Assembly (NCBI GenBank): GCA_051362555.1 | Contig: CM120646.1 | Coordinates: 22,816,001-22,880,000, forward strand | Source of the DNA: Lingula anatina | Taxonomy: Eukaryota; Animalia; Brachiopoda | Direction: 5' to 3' | Length of the DNA: 64,000 nucleotides | Part shown: one piece after another, positions 14,157-38,599 of the stretch | Position numbering within the stretch: the first letter of the stretch is position 1 | How the letters are laid out: each line of letters starts with the position of its first letter | Program-made: the position numbers and the translations under genes | Notes under the pieces: generated by a model | What the model saw: the letters and a program-made list of their open reading frames with translations, nothing else | What the model was told of the DNA's origin: nothing | The model's database searches: none

Positions 14157-17100
14157 AAGTCAGGTTCCCTGGCTAAGAACTTAATTACCAAAGTTACATG
14201 GGCACAATACCCTATCAGGAGCAGTGTAACAGCACTCTCTTGGAAATCATAATCAGCTAAATCAGAGAAATGACTTAAGTTTTTTTGTGAAACTGGGGCC
14301 TGAACTGCGTGGATAAAAAACTTACATATTCCTATAAATTCAATCCCTGCCTAGGAGCCGTGTGTTAGTGTGTCTACGCGGGGTATATCAGCGGGGAAAT
14401 GGCAAGACAGGCCGTGTGTCATCAAGATGGGCTACGTCTGTCAGACATGGAAAGGTAAACGTATACATATCCGTGTTGATGATTAATCAAAAGCCGATGC
14501 CCAGTTTCAGTCTGTTAATTGGTATATTTGTCTTTTGAAAAATTACAATTTAGTTTTATTTGACCTAAAGATTAACATGTACACACACTGGACAATAGAA
14601 GTGTCACCCCTTCTGAACCAATACTTTGGGGGAGATAAACGACCGTGGAATGATATGCTCCTGGTATCATTTTATTAAAAACATCAAATTTCACAAAAAT
14701 ACCAACAATACAATTCCATGGTACAGCGGTTTCATACTCATTAGTCACATTATAAGTAGACTGGGCATTATAACTTTGATTACTCTGATTCAGGGGGTGA
14801 CACTTCTATTGTCCAGTGTGTGTTTATGTATAAATACATATGTATATATATGCATATCTAAATGTAACGGTTTACGCAAAATAAACATCATATTTACATT
14901 AAAGTTGACCTTAAATGCAATGTATAAATAACTAGAGAAAAACATCTATGATAGGACTCCTAGTCGTTACCTCATATAAATAAAATAACAAAACTGTGCG
15001 CTTTTTGATTTCAGATGCCAGTTATCCGACTCCACAACCCTCTCAGTCCCCGTCACCCTGTCCCCTTGGTTACGAGTCTTTTGGTGATGCTTGTTACCAG
15101 GTAACGGCCGCCATGACGTGGGAGGAGGCCAATGCTACGTGTCGCCGTCAGCAGGACCACCTCGTGTCTGTTCTAGATGGATTTGAACAAACGTTTCTCA
15201 CTCTGAAAGTTCAAGAACTTAACAAGCAGTCTATGTGGATAGGATTAACGAGGACTGGGGTAATGACACTATTTCCATTTTACAAAAATATTTTTGTTTG
15301 TTTTACATAGTGTCTGTTGATATCTGTATATAACACTGATCTGTCTGTTTACCAATAAATAAATAAATAAATAAATGAATAAATAATTAAATAAATAAAT
15401 AAGTGAATACTCTGAGTCAATCCTGGATGAACAGTAGAAACGTCACGACTTGTAGGCGACACGTTTAGTCTATGGAAACTATAAGATTTTTACAATCGAG
15501 TGCTTCATTCCAATTTTTTCCGTTTTGCACATTGTATATAATGGTTATATTTTATTCTGTTCTTAGTCGCAGTACTACTGGGAGGATGAGTGGCCAGTGG
15601 ACTATGTAAACTGGGCAGCTTCCGAACCTCCTAGGAATGGAACCGCCAGGTGCGTTATGTTAATGGCGGATGGACATTGGAAGGCCACTGATTGTAGTCT
15701 TAAATTTCAAGGAATATGTAAGAGAACATCAGGTAGGCAAACGATGTTCTTATCACAATATTTCCATAGAATTAAAAAAAGGCGACGGATTGTAGTTTTT
15801 AACCTCGAGGAATATGTAAAAAACACCAGTTATGGTAAAAATAGCTATTTCTATAATCATTGTGACATTTTTCCAAACAAGTACATTAATCCACCACTTG
15901 AAGGAACCCTTTACTTGGTTTTTGTATCTTTTAAATAGTATAAAAGTATTAGTATATTTTAGAGATTTTTTTTGCAAACTGTACTGATTCAGTACTCACG
16001 CTCTTCTTACTCTGACTATTTGACACCCGTTCCAGCCAAACCCCCGGTGACCGTCCCTGACCCCCCGGGCACCTGTCCTGACGGCGATTGGTATCCCCAC
16101 GGCTCCCACTGCTACCACCTGTCCACTAAGAACCACTATAATGACTGGTACAGCGCCATTATGCAGTGTTATCTGAGAGGGGCCACCCTGGTGTCCGTGA
16201 CCAGCCAGCACGAGGCAGATTTCTTGGTGAAACTGTTTCAACAATCTCTGGTCGATAATCGCCCCTTTTGGACAGGACTTTATAGGAAACCGAATGGTTA
16301 GTGGTTCGATCAATCAATTTATTATTATTATTACTACTCCTCGTAACTTGCTGGAATACGATTGTAAGGAATATCAGGCCAATTGCATTGTTCATAAGGA
16401 CACACGGTTGCTTTAGAGACAATAGTACATACTGATGGAATCAGAAACGACAGCAAACAGCTCTACACCTGTAATTTTCCAGATTCATGTAATGAATAGG
16501 CTCTCTGTTTTGATGTTCACATTTGCCAACATTTTCTTTACTCAGCCCTTTACCCTGAATACGCTTTCAGGAACATTCAACTGGTATGACGGTACTCCGT
16601 TCAACTTTGCCAATTGGGCCACGGGGCAGCCCGGCAGTGACAGGGGCAAGGACTGCATAGATATGCACCCAGGGACGGGGAAATGGCAACTTTCTACCTG
16701 CACCTACCCTCTCAGCCATGTGTGTAAAACGCGGAAAAGTATGTGTACCTTGACTTGACTCTGATCTGTTTGTCTGGCTGACTGAAACTACAAAGGGGCG
16801 AAACGTAGCATTTTTTCTGATACATACGGCAGCCATTAGTTTGGTCAATGTAACATTTTTGTTGACTTAGTTACGCAAAACCCAAAAGTTAAGGTATTAG
16901 GCATGCCGTAGATATGGATAACGTGATAATGTAGTGAAACTGAGCCAAATATTATTCCTGAAATCTTACCCTTCCAGTACTTCCGACGACGACGCCCGCC
17001 CCAGCTTGCAGGTCGGGCTGGTACCTATATAATGGATTGTGTTATAAGGTAAATTGTTGTTTAATATATACATACTTTTTCATAAATCTGTAATCTGACT

Positions 17101-20100
17101 AGTTGAGATGATACCAATTAGGTTTTTACTTATTACGCAGGGTTCCGATCAAAGAACACCGCTTTTACACTGCAGTGATGTGTTAACTATTAAACTATTA
17201 TTATTGGTCTTAATTTTATGTGTGAGTGCATTATTCGAAATACGCATAGTAGAGGCGTATACATTATGTCATGCATGTGTTGAATATTAGCTATGCGTTT
17301 TGAATAAAGTTTTAATGAAATATTGGTTGATAAATTTCAGTTAATTTTCTATAGTTTCCGACAAATGAAACTTATTTGTATATTGCACCATGTATTTTTG
17401 TCCGGTTAATGTACACGTCCACATTTGTGAATGTATACCTTTAATGTATTTACTCGAGTGTCCTTTTTGCTGCAAAACATGCTGTTTTTCTCTTTCCATT
17501 AAAAGCCATTCTTTAAAACCAGCAAAGACCAGAAAACCTGGCAATCAGCCCGCAGTTTCTGTAGGTCGCAGGGAGGGGACTTGGCAAGTTTTCACAGTTC
17601 CGAAGAAAGTGCCTGGTTTGGTACCATTGTTGGGAAGGCTGGCCTCTATAGGTGGTTTACCGGATATACGTATCTTTGATGTCCCACTTTCGTCTTAATG
17701 TTCCATTTTGGCTTAGATATTACTCTTGTAATGTAAGGATTAACATTGATGTGCAGTTTTCCAGAAACCATTTTGCATGTTTTAAATGTGTGTGTATCGG
17801 TGTGTGTGTGTGAGAGGGGGGTGGGTGGGGGAGGGGGGAGTGGGTACACTCTTCACAGGTTGATAAGTATGTCAACATCTCATTTTGTAGTTATGGCATA
17901 GACAGCAATGAACCGCTCTGGATCGGGCTATATGACACTGATGTTAATAAAAGTACGTATCGCCACAGTGCCAACAAAATACAGCCCATTTTTTTTATCA
18001 AAATAAAACGATTGTGTTTTATGTGTTATTAACAAATCAACATTCTGGATTATATTAATGAAATAATTTTCTTAACAGAATAAGTGAATACCAGGCATTT
18101 ACATACAACGGTATAACGGAGAATTAATTTAAAAGTCATTTTTCATATAAACATAATATATTGTTATCGAAAACGAGTCCTACATCTTACTTTTTACTTC
18201 CAAAGCTAACGTCTCTCATGTCTGGTCTGATGGCACACCTTTCGACTTCTCCAACTGGGATGTCGGCCAACCAGACAACCATAACGGCAAGGAACGCTGT
18301 GTCGGTATGTATGCCAACACTGGCAAATGGCGGGATGACAACTGCGCAGGCGCAAGGAGCTGGGTATGTAGAGCGTCATTGGATGCCACACCTGTGCCTA
18401 GTACCACCACACCGGCGGGGATTGGTGAGCTTACAAATGGTTTCTGAATTTGCTTTTCAATATTTGCTCAAATTTAGTGAGGGTTAAAAAGCAAGTCAAA
18501 AAGACAGACTTTTTGTTATTGGTTGATTGAATCATTAGTAAATAAATGACAAAGAAAAGGAAAATGATGCTCAAATTCTTAACAAACTGTTACTTATAAT
18601 AAGTAGAATTGATCCATTTTCTTTGAAGATAGTGATCTTAAATTGCACTTTGAAGATCTCGTTAATTTTGTATTGATTAGTTTCTGAACATTAACTTAAG
18701 TTAGAAATATTCCATTTCCATGACTGGTCTTTAATTTTATCGGAGGGATTGCGATAGCATTGGGCCTATAATCTGACTGTCGGAATGAACTTTTGAAATC
18801 AATATGAAAATCAATGAGAAAAAAACATTTTCCAATAAAATCAATAAGAAATGAAACTTTTTTTGTAGATGACGGTACATGTGGTGACTCTTGGCACTCC
18901 TACGGGGACCACTGTTACTATATCAGTGAGGGGTGGGGCTCCACACACAGGAAATCATGGTTCAGTGCCAAACAATGGTGTATGGAGAACGCTGGTGACC
19001 TTGTTAGTATCCATACTCCAGGAGAGGCCGACTTTGTCACAACACTGGTCAGCAAGACTGATAATATCAAGTCATGGATTGGTGCCAATAACCTTGACCT
19101 TCAGGGATACAGGTGGGGTTTGTTCCTTGGTACCCCTTTTATCTGAAAATGAAAGATTTCCATGTCGTTCACATGAAAGCGAGTAGATATTTTAAAGGAT
19201 TAAATGAAAAGTGTTTACATCGCCCGTACAGACAAACAAACTACTTCATAAGTGGTCTGTCCAATAATTTGGATTTACGAGTACATTGTGTCCAATCTCT
19301 GGTGGGCCGCCTTTGCTTTATGAAATAAACAAAGAAATGAAGGACAGAATAATTATGTAAATGAATAAATTGTCACATAACTGGTTTAATAGACTTAAAT
19401 TAAATGGCATAATTGTCTGGATAGATGGACAGATGGCACTCTCGTTAACTACATAAACTGGGCCCAAGGCGAACCCAACTCCAGGTACGGTCTAGAGAGG
19501 TGTGTGAACATGTACACAGGGAATGACAGAACACAGCCAGGTGCGTGAAACTCTTTATATTATATTATATTATATTATATTATATTATATTATATTATAT
19601 TATATTATATCGGTTAGAAAGAACATGTACCGATGGTGTAAAAGAGTGAATATTTTCTATAAGAGACTCAACGATAACTTTATCACAACGCAAGAGGCAA
19701 TGAAATATCTATTTTACGATATCTACCAACATAATTTGCTCCTCTTTTTCCCCAATGTTTTACGAACTATATCTGCATAGATTCTTTATTTCTAGATTAT
19801 ATCTCGACAGGATTTTATATTTTCGATTTTCATATACTTGTGCCTATCATTATAGTTCTGTAAGAATTGGTGTTAATGAGATATTTATTCAGGTTATAAA
19901 TATACATGCTTGTCCTAGGTACGTTTAATGACGACAATTGTGCGGCAACATTACCATTTATTTGCAAGAAGCACAAACTGAGTAAAACCACTGTAAGTGT
20001 ACCTACCACCCCGTCTATGGAAGGATACTGCCCAAAGGGATTTGATGGCATTGGTAAGGTTGTATATCAGTAAGGCACTATATCAAATGAATCGTTGCTT

Positions 20101-23100
20101 CTTGATATTGCAAAATGTCACGAACATATAGTGCAATAACCACAGCTAGTCTCTTTAAAGCTATGTTAAAAAAACAAAAGGGCTTCATTTTGGATAATAC
20201 TATATGTACTTATGAGACTAAAACTCTTTGTCACAAACAACAAAATACATTCACAAACATTTTGTATTTGCTCCAATGCTTAACTTATGGCCTCATGATA
20301 TCATAGGCAACAGGTGTTATCAGTTATTTGGCGAGGCCCAGGAAGAGCGTAAGAACTGGACGGGGGCAGCCACCGCCTGTGCCGCGCTGGGGAGGCAGTA
20401 TACACTGGCCAGTATTACAAATCCACTAGAACAGGGTAGGCGTTTTGTTACTGAAACGCCTTTTTTGGACTGTTAACAGCTAGAGTAACATTGTATCGGA
20501 GGGGGGAAGCTAACTCATAACATAAAATATAATAATAGACGCCTATTCACCTAACCTTAATCATTATTGTGTAGAGACGGGCATGCTGCAATGCGAAGTA
20601 TTTGGATTTTTTTCTATTTTAATTATTTAAGAATAAACAGTGAAGCACGGTTCCGATTAAGCCACATTATATACCAAGATCATTTCTATATAGTTTGTAT
20701 GTTACAGCATTCATTACCAGCAAGCTACAGTTTAAAGTAGCGGATTGTTGGATTGGTCTAAGCGACTACTACAGAACACATTTTCTTCAGTGGCTGACGA
20801 ATGAAGAACTGCAGTATGAAAACTGGGATGTAAACGAACCGTCGCCTTCTTGGCAGGTGCGAGTTTTCTTAATATTTTACTTTTTAATTTGTAGTGTCGC
20901 ACATTATAATAACTATCTATCATAATTATAAATATCACATCATCTTTGATACGGTAAAAACCATCGCCATCTTTTGTACTGTAGAAAAAAACTCTGTTTT
21001 TGTAAACCACATGTCTAATTTTTCTTCAGTTTAATGGCGAAGATTGCGTCCTTATAAGATCAGCCGAAAAGAGTATCGGAAAGTGGGCTGAAGTGAAGTG
21101 TTCGTTAACTGCGGGGTATATTTGTCAAACTTGGAAAGGTAAATGTATAGAAATACAGGCAGTGGATTTTAGTTCTTCAGAGTAATTATGTTAATATTAT
21201 CAGCAAATATCCTATATGGCGTTTGGCAAGAAGTGTACATATTTCATTAAATATTACTGTACTGCGTATAAAAGTTAGGAGTGTCATATGGCCTAAACAT
21301 TTGGTTTAGATAGCTTGGGAACTGGTATGCCAAACAACTATCTGAAATTAACAAAGTGTTTGATGATCATATATATACACATTGTTGATTGCTTCTTTAG
21401 ATCCTGCAATCAAAACCCCGTGGACGACCCAGCCTGTGTCCACTCAATCTAACTGTAACATGGGCTACTCGAGCCTAGATGGCGTGACGTGCTATAAACT
21501 GCACCAAGACGCGCAGACGTGGGCAGACGCACATCAGATTTGTGCTGAAGAGGGCGCTTATTTAACATTTGTAACAGGGTTTTTGGAAGAGGCACATCTG
21601 ATCACTTTCTTGAGACACTCTGACGGGTCACCAGTGTGGTTGGGGCTGAAAGGCTCGAGATCTGTAAGTAGATTTGTATTTTTTACATTATTACTGTATA
21701 CTCCAATTATATTGCAACATACATGGTGATTTTTGTATGAATTGTATTCGTGTTGCTTAAGGATGAAGGTTTCTTTTATGAAAAGTAACTGTAACATAAC
21801 TGTTTTTGCAATTTAAATGAACTATTAAGTTACGGCTCTCTGTCTGTATTGATTTGTTACTTCTCGAAAACACTAATTTCGCCATTTTTATACTCTCAGC
21901 ATGGCTTCAAATGGACAATGGAATGGCCTCTAATCTTCACACACTGGGCCAAGGAAGAACCCAAGTCAGAGAAGGCAGAAGTGTGCGGCGTGATGAAACA
22001 TGACGGGACATGGAACACAAGGGATTGTGGGACAAAGCTCCCTTTTGTCTGCATGACAACTTCTGGTAGGCGGAGGCAGCTTTAAGCGACCACGTTTTGA
22101 TGTTATTAAATTGTATCCTAGTCTAATTTATTAAAATAAATGAATTAAAAAAAATAAAAATCATCACTTACAGATGTAAGTATCACAGAGCTCGTGTTAA
22201 ATAGATGCAAAGGTACATGACACAAGGTACTTATAGCGCCCCCTATATCACACGTAGAGGGAGATAAAGAAGACCCATGGTGCTGCCTTAGGTGTAGTTT
22301 CTGTACGTGCGCGTAGTTCCATGTACATATGAATGAATAAATAGATGAATTAAAACAGGTCGGACAGGAATGGTAGTCCCATAGGAATCGTAGTCCGTTC
22401 CCAATTAATTTGTACAAGTGACATTCGTCCAATATACTAATATAACCCCAATACTTCGACTAACCCTAGCCAGTGCTAACCATATAGGACCCCGGACTTC
22501 CATTCCTGGGACTACCATTCCTGTCACACCGGTGTGACGTGACAGAGAGCCCCCCTGGTAGATGGTCCTTTATCCATTAATTTCCACAGGTAAGCCTCGC
22601 CCCAGATTTTGACCCTCTTACGTCAGGCTTACCCTTACTTGTATTATTAAATGGAGGTTTGACTCTCTGTTTCAATGACCCAATTTTTTTGTCACACCGT
22701 TCTGATATACTCTGCTTTACTTCAGCCCTACCGCCGGTCACCACACTGCCCACCACAGGCTGGTGTCCGGACCAGGGACAGTGGATAGACCATGGGTCAG
22801 CCTGTTTCTATTACGACACCAATGCCTACTTGGACTGGGGAGAAGCTAGCTTCGAGTGCTACAAAATAGGCAGTTATCTAGCGTCTTTTACTAGCGACAA
22901 CGAGACCAGTTTTATACTCGAACTGTTGAACGAAGAAGTGGCGTCAAGAAATTTGTGGATTGGTCTCATTAAAAGAAGAAAAGGCAAGTTTTAACTGTAT
23001 CTGTCTTTAGCCAGAATGGTAGCCACGAAAGTTGCATTTGGACACTATAATCAATAAAGTAGCAGTACGTGTAATATAATGGTTACGTGTCATGATTTTA

Positions 23101-24088
23101 AAATTGAATTCCCTACAGTGTGCCCGTGAATAACGATCACTATTCTCATGTTATGGTATTATTGTATTTTAGAACATTATCAGTGGGAGGATGGTACGGT
23201 TGTCAACTACACCAACTGGTCTCCGGCCAAACCGAGCGCTACTGGTGACAAGGAGAGATGTGCCGAGTTTCTGCCTACGTCAGGACTGTGGAATGAAGTA
23301 ACGTGTGACGAAAGCAGGGGTTATATTTGCAAAACGTCTAAAAGTAGGTAGCATGTTTTCGTGATGGTTTTTGATAAAATAATTACCGTATTTGCTTCAT
23401 GTAAGTGAACGGCCTCATTTCACCTCATATGCACACTGCATTTTCTGATATGGATGCAGAATATCCAGAAAATTATGGCGCACGGACTACAGACATCCTC
23501 ACAGTTACATTGGTTATATTTCTTTACATGCCTGTCTACCGTTTATCTTCCAAGACGCAGAATTCAGTATATTTCCACGTTTCAGTTTTCCCTACGGTTG
23601 CTACATCCTCCACGACATCACGCACGAATACCTCCTCGTCAACACCCCCCGGACATGAGGAACATGTTGTTCGCGTTGCAGCTAGAGGTAATACAGTCAT
23701 TTTGTTGATTTGTTCTGTTGATTTAAGTCGTTATGTTTTCCCCAGGGTATATTTCGGCTTCACGTGATCTGATTGATCAAGTTGGGTTTTAATTGACGTT
23801 ATTCTTACAAAAGAGCTCTTACAAAAAGTGGCCTCAATTTTTTTGTAATGTATATTCCACGGTCTGCTAATATTCATCACATTCTCTCCAGCACAAGGCC
23901 TGACGACTGGGTACACTGTGGGCATAGCTCTCCTGTCCATCGTTATTATGGGTCTTCTTGGTTTCTTCGGGTACATTGTCTATAACCGACCTGGGAAGAC
24001 TGAAGTCTCGGCTTTTTACAATTCTGAAGATGGAGACAAAGTAGAGTTTTCTAGAACATCTGACGTCATTGATAGACCTGCTGCGTAA
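1..24088 (+). CDS. Multi-exon macrophage mannose receptor-like type I membrane C-type lectin, gene 1 (>=17 CTLDs + S/T stalk + TM + short tail); 5' end lies outside the window
   Basis: About 50 short GT-AG exons splice in frame into repeated CTLDs (C-Y..W..A...C...G.LAS; WIGL; W.NW...P....C....W....C....YIC). Approximate domain spans: D0 <1-1195, D1 1448-2461, D2 2683-4354, D3 4527-5290, D4 5884-6935, D5 7763-8785, D6 9001-9900, D7 9950-11171, D8 11794-12900, D9 12955-14454, D10 15014-15732, D11 16035-16738, D12 16978-18423, D13 18868-19975, D14 20025-21138, D15 21401-22065, D16 22726-23343. Stalk exon about 23586-23687. The terminal exon (about 23891-24088) reads [65 protein letters not shown], with TAA at 24086-24088. 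MRC1-likeness is inferred from recognised domain order and motifs, not from a database hit. Confidence 0.9.
2929..3070 (+). mobile_element. Fragment of a non-autonomous DNA transposon (CAGGGGCGGATCC-type terminus), same family as 41082-41287
   Basis: caggggcggatccaagattattcgaaggggg and ggatgcgaagccgaccctt match the reverse complement of 41251-41287 and 41205-41225. GC-rich island within an AT-rich intron; right end not resolved. Confidence 0.6.
11226..11271. repeat. (TAAA)n microsatellite
   Basis: About 11 tandem copies. Similar tracts at 15354-15400 and 52073-52100. Confidence 0.9.
14099..14299. mobile_element. MITE (PIF/Harbinger-like) with a poly(A) expansion inside its left TIR
   Basis: Left end gccccggtttc(A44)cctaagtca. 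Right end tgacttaagtttttttgtgaaactggggc, whose reverse complement is gccccagtttcacaaaaaaacttaagtca. Flanks ctt/ctg are an imperfect 3-bp TSD. Confidence 0.7.
14582..14822. mobile_element. MITE, Tc1/mariner-like, with perfect 29-bp TIRs
   Basis: cacacactggacaatagaagtgtcacccc (14582-14610) is the exact reverse complement of 14794-14822. TA on the left flank, TT on the right; no coding capacity. Confidence 0.85.
19556..19610. repeat. (TATAT)n microsatellite
   Basis: About 11 copies of a 5-bp unit. The complementary-type (AATAT)n tract is at 43087-43128. Confidence 0.9.
22358..22538. mobile_element. Helentron/DINE-1-like non-autonomous element (subterminal inverted repeats + terminal palindrome)
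   Basis: gacaggaatggtagtccc (22363-22380) is perfectly inverted at 22508-22525. Internal ctaaccctagcc motif; palindrome gtcacaccggtgtgac at 22523-22538. Family assignment is inferred from structure only. Confidence 0.55.
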
Positions 24089-24283
24089 ATCATGTATGTT
24101 ACACGCCGTTGTCACGTGGCACCTTACTTATGGCAACTGCATGAAACTGTATTTTCTCATCGATCGAAAACAAGCGTCAACCATCAGTATTTAAATTGAT
24201 AACAAATTTATGATTCTGAAAACAGTGCTCTCATTAATGAGTTGAAAATTGAACTTCACTACCATTCCATCACTGTATTCTAG

Positions 24284-24289
24284 AATAAA
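24284..24289 (+). terminator. Candidate polyadenylation signal of lectin gene 1
   Basis: First AATAAA downstream of the stop codon, about 200 bp past it. Confidence 0.5.
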
Positions 24290-24889
24290 ACATTTATTTA
24301 TCTAAAATAGAATTCAAAGCATTGCAGAAGAGTAGTTGCAAATTGTTATTTCCATTGAACAACTGATATAAAATTAAATAACGGAATAATGGAGCTTGAA
24401 AAAACAAAATAAAACAAAAAATTAATTACCGTGGAATGCAAGAACACTATATGTCACATCTAACGCAATTCCACTATCTATAGCGACTACTACCCGGTCA
24501 CATTACATCCCTGGTGAATATTCAGCTGATAAAACGAAGGCAATTTACTTTACTTATAGTTAATCCAGAGTACCCTTTATTTATCCTGTTACAGGTATGT
24601 CGTAACTGACAAAAGCAATTTCGTTTTAATACACAAATAAAACCTTAATAACACTATTTCGAGCGTCGGTGTTATATGTCGTCAAAACCGTAACACAACG
24701 GCGGTGATGTCTCCAGATATTTACCATACTAACTGGTTTTCTTTTTTCCTGGTTGAGAGATCTAGAATCTCCTAGATCTAGAATCTCCTTGATCTAAGAC
24801 GGACAACACGGGTAATCCAGCCAATTTCTTTGTGGAAGGGTTAATTAAAGTATCCTGTATACATACGATACACAGGATGAAACACATAC

Positions 24890-25760
24890 AAATAATAATA
24901 ATAAAAAATAATAATCATTTTTATTCAAAGAGGGTAAAACATGTTAAGTGTATACACTTATCTTACACATGAGCATCTGAGAGGTTAGAATAAAATATTG
25001 TGTTAATGAATAAAAGATGAATAATTTCATTTAATAAACCAATAATGAAGTAAAATTGAATCAAATTAAACGTAATAATAATTATATGAATAAAGCAAAA
25101 AGACAATATGTTAGAATATGTTAGTAAAAATCTTAAAGATACATAATTTATTATGTATACAATTATAATTGTAATTATATATTTATTATTATATATAATA
25201 TATATTTATTATTATAATCATAATTGTATACATAAATTTTTTCTTTTGATTTTTTAAAAACAATTTTTTAAAAGTATCCAACTCTTTGGTGTTTTTAATT
25301 TCAGAGTTTTAACGCCTATTTTACTTTATTAAAAGGCAGTACCAAATATCGAATATCCATATCCATATATTGCCTTTAGTATGCCTTTATGTCTGCCAAT
25401 TGGTGAATAGATATTTCTGCCTGTAGTGTCGATGGTGTGGTGTCCAGTAAGTCCCTGACGTAAAGTGGTGAAATCCATTTAATGTTGCTTTCTTAAATCT
25501 AAAACATAACGAAGTAATACTTGTAGTAAGGTATATTGAGGTAATTTTATATATGGTTAGTAGAGTCCTTTGGAGCAATAAAATCCAAACTGTTCTTTAC
25601 TTTTGCTTTATAATTGAAGTTACCCGAATTCATTACAATTGAAAACATCCCTTAATACTTGGTATTAGTTCGCTCTAACTACCAAAAACATTAAGATGTT
25701 CAGGTGACATGATTCTATCTTACACACCTTAAGAATTGGGATTTAAAAAAAGTGTAATTT
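24890..25760 (-). mobile_element. Degraded, 5'-truncated LINE (L2/Crack/CR1-like) remnant
   Basis: The minus strand ends ...ctcatgtgtaagataag...taacatgttttaccctctttgaataaa followed by an (ATT)n-like tail, resembling L2/Crack 3' ends. The peptide fragment LQRTLLTIYK (ORF 25387-25578) resembles the post-RT region of CR1/L2 ORF2. Frames are broken. Confidence 0.45.
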
Positions 25761-25968
25761 GGTCATGAAAAGTCCACAGTGAATACAGACCCAAATAGTC
25801 CTGTCGTTGTATTTAACTACCCACCACAGAATAAAAAAGAAATATAAAAACTCAATATCACATGATGTGGTTACATCAGTATCGTCGTACAAAAATAAAA
25901 CGTTTTTTTATGGAATATCATTGTCAATATATTTACACGTTTATATATACCTTTTTTCATTTTTCCTT

Positions 25969-25974
25969 TTTATT
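25969..25974 (-). terminator. Candidate polyadenylation signal of the kinase gene
   Basis: AATAAA on the minus strand about 210 bp downstream of the TGA. Confidence 0.35.
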
Positions 25975-26185
25975 TCGTTTCTAATTATACAAACATAATA
26001 CTACAAATTAAACTAATAAGATATACGCTCGATCGTCTTGTGTAATGGTGAGATGATCTCTTTCGCGACCACTGACACTTGATTTGAGAGCCATGGCCGT
26101 TATACAGGAATTGGAGTTACTGATCAGCACACTGTCATCTGGACTGCATTTCAACCGTTTAATATTTACCAATGTCCTCTTCTCT

Positions 26186-38276
<12,091 letters not shown>

Positions 38277-38599
38277 TTCAACAGCGCACTTTGCAATACA
38301 GCTGAAATTATAAACCACAAAAGCCTGAAACCTTTCATTAATCTGTAAGGATGGAAACCAACGGGCGTGACAACCCCTCCCGATCTAAATTTCTGAAAAT
38401 CATTACCTGGGCGTTGGAGTATTCCTGTACTTTCCTTGGGGTAGTTAACTTCTGCAGTAATTAAAAGCAGTGCCGTGCGTCTACATCTGGCGAAGATGGA
38501 CGCTAGTGCACGCATATTCCAACACTAAGGGTTGGCTAGAAAAGCAAAAACTGCTAAGCAAATTTTCTTACCTTGTAAGTACACGAAGTATCTACGCCA

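Noticed and set aside
13999-14252. Poly-lysine ORFs
   Set aside because: They are translations of the A44 run inside a MITE TIR.
24758-24797. Short tandem repeat gatctagaatctcct
   Set aside because: About 2.5 copies of a 16-bp unit in intergenic DNA with no evidence of function.
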